A stretch of DNA of 10,750 bases from Octopus sinensis (taxonomy: Eukaryota): positions 1-10,750 of the forward strand of contig NW_021827259.1 in assembly GCF_006345805.1 (NCBI RefSeq). Direction: 5' to 3'. A program made the position numbers and the translations under genes. The notes below the pieces were generated by a model that saw only the letters and a program-made list of their open reading frames with translations, did no database searches and was not told the origin of the DNA. This document shows, in pieces, positions 9,101 through 10,750 of this stretch (position 1 is the stretch's first letter; each line of letters starts with the position of its first letter).

Positions 9101-9730
9101 TAATGTTTAGCGTTACGTTTTAGGGTTGGGTTTTAGGGTTAGGATTGGGGTTAGGGTCAGTGGTTAGGGTTTATGGGTTTTGGTTAGCGTTATGCTTTAG
9201 GGTTGTTTTAGGGTTAGGTTTTAGGGGTTTGGGGTTAGGGGTCTGGGTTTAGGGTTTAGGGTTAGCGTTAGATTTTAGGGTTAGGTTTTAGTGTTAGGTT
9301 TCAGTGTTAGGTTTTAGCGTTACGTTTTAGGGTTAGGGTTAGGTTTTAAGGTAAGGTTTTAGGGTTAGGTTTCAGGGTTGGTTTTTAGGGTTTGGTTTTA
9401 GGGTTAGGGTTTAGGTTTTAGGGTTAGGTTTTAGGGTTAGGTTTCAGGGTAAGGTTTTAGGGTTAGGTTTCAGGGTTAGGGTTTAGATTTTAGGGTTAGG
9501 ACTTAGGGTTAGGTTTCAGGATTGGGTTTTAGGATTAGGTTTTAGGGTTGGTTTTGGGGTTAGGTTTATAGGGCTAGGTTTTAGGGTTAGGGTGTACGGT
9601 TAGGGTCAGCTGAGGGTTACGGTTAGATTTTAGAATTCGGTTTTAGGGTTGGGTTTTAGTTTTAGGGTAATGTTAAGAGTTAGGTTTTACGGTTAGGGTT
9701 TGGTTTTAGGGTTAGGTTTTAGGGTGAGGG
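9101..9730 (+). repeat. Inverted copy (Rb) of the left-arm monomer with a ~87 bp deletion
   Basis: Colinear reverse complement of a B-type monomer, with CAGCTG at 9607 and GAATTC at 9633. The CCTGG/GAATCC segment is missing: the offset to Ra falls from 1716 at GAATTC to 1629 at the following block. Confidence 0.9.
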
Positions 9731-9740
9731 TTAGGTTAGG

Positions 9741-10582
9741 GTTAGAGGTTAGGTTTTAGGGTCTAAGGTTTAGGCTGTTTAGCATCAGGTTTTAGGGTAA
9801 GGTTTTACGGTTAGAGTAAGGTTTTAGGGTTAGGTTTTAGGGTAAGGGTTAGGTTTTAGGGTTAGGTTTAGGGTTAGGTTTTAGGGTTAGGTTTTAGGGT
9901 TAGGTTTTTGGGTTAGGGTTCTATTTTAGGGTTTGGTTTAGGGTTAGGTTTTAGGGTTAGGTTTTAGCGTAAGGTTCTAGGTTTAGGTTTCAGGGTTAGG
10001 TTTTAGTGTCAGGTTTTAGGTTTTAGGGTTGGTTTTTAGGGTTGTTTTAGGGTTAGGGTTGGGTTATAGGGTTGGGGTTAGGTTTTAGGGCTAGGTTTTA
10101 GGGTTAGTGTTAGGGTTGTTTTAGATTTAGGGTTAGGTTTTAGGGCTAGGTTTAGGGTTAGGGTTAGGTTTTAGGGTTAGGGTTAGGTTTCAGGGGTAGG
10201 TTTTAGGTTTTAGGTTTAGGTTTTAGGGTTAGTGTTAGGGTTAGGTTTTAGGGTTAGGGTCAGGTTTAGGGTTAGGTTTTTAATGTTAGGTTTTAGGTTT
10301 TGGGCTCGGTTTAGAGTAGTTTTAGGGTTAGGTTTTAAGGTTAGGTTTAGGTTAGATTTTAATGTTAGGTTTTAGGGTTAGGGTTTAGGATTTAGGTTAG
10401 GTTTTAGGGCTAGGTTTTAGGGTCAGGTTTTAGGGTTAGGTTTTAGGTTTGGTTTATGGTTTAGGGGTTTGGGTTTAGCGTTTAAGGTTTAGGGCTTATG
10501 TTTACCGTTAAGTTTTAGTGTTAGGTTTTAGGGTTCGGGTTCGATTTTTGGGTCATGTTTAGGGTTAGGTTTTAGGGTAAGG
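9741..10582 (+). repeat. Right-arm duplicated block, copy 2
   Basis: GGTCTAAGG (9760), GCATCAGG (9782), TTCTATTTT (~9919), GGTTATAGGGTTGGGG (10062), TTACCGTTAAG (~10502) and GGGTCATGTTT (~10550). Confidence 0.85.
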
Positions 10583-10750
10583 GGTTAGAGTAAGGTTTTT
10601 GGGTTAGGTTTTTGGGTTAGGTTTTAGGGTTAGTATTCGCTTTTAGGGTTAGGTTTAGGGTTAGGTTTTAGGGTTAGTGTTCGTTTTTAGGGTTAGGTTT
10701 AGGGTTAGGTTTTAGGGTTAGTTTCTAGGTTAGGTTTTAGGGTGAGGGTC

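Larger units (their letters stand above)
3929..10750 (+). repeat. Telomere-like tandem array, G-rich on + strand (TTAGGG / TTTTAGGGTTAGG units and variants)
   Basis: Continuous TTAGGG, TTAGG and TTTTAGGG units with very few C, running to the end of the window. Confidence 0.97.

Noticed and set aside
9101-10590. Shared ~1.5 kb period between the left dimer and the right composite unit
   Set aside because: The other right-arm unit is ~2.1 kb and has different content, so the size match looks coincidental.
1-10750. Protein-coding ORFs, including repeat-encoded Leu-Gly or Arg-Val dipeptide frames
   Set aside because: The 13-mer shifts frame every unit, so TAG (G strand) and TAA (C strand) stops hit all frames at short intervals. 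Pure hexamer tracts are under ~100 bp and ATGs are rare and without context.
1-10750. The TTTT/AAAA-containing unit and CCTGG as nanopore telomere base-calling artefacts
   Set aside because: The variants occupy the same positions in several copies and in both orientations, which systematic strand-specific miscalls would not produce.
1-10750. Herpesvirus telomeric repeat (HHV-6 or Marek's disease virus type) or telomere-targeting retroelement (TRAS/SART, HeT-A/TART)
   Set aside because: No viral packaging signals, ORFs, poly(A) tails or unique element sequence appear anywhere in the window.
1-10750. Taxonomic assignment from the motif (Chlamydomonas, arthropod, apicomplexan or vertebrate)
   Set aside because: Sub-motifs typical of several lineages co-occur as parts of one degenerate unit, so none is diagnostic.

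Overview
The whole 10,750-bp window is non-coding, degenerate telomere-like repeat. I find no supportable CDS, RNA gene, transposon or CRISPR array. The dominant unit is a compound 13-mer, TTTTAGGGTTAGG (TTAGGG + TTAGGTT), mixed with TTAGGG hexamers and variants (TCAGGG, TGAGGG, TTGGGG, TTACGG, TTAGCG, TTAGTG). Positions 1-3928 are C-rich on the + strand and 3929-10750 are G-rich. The two arrays therefore point outward, (CCCTAA)n-(TTAGGG)n, the opposite of a classical end-to-end fusion. The left arm is a well-homogenised higher-order repeat of five ~700-780 bp monomers, with an A/B alternation that gives a ~1.51 kb period. The central part (~3930-6600) is a more scrambled family. The right part holds inverted, diverged copies of the left monomer joined to a second duplicated ~0.85-0.95 kb block. 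The organism and chromosomal position cannot be determined from this window, and some features near the junction could be assembly or consensus error. All alignments were done by eye.
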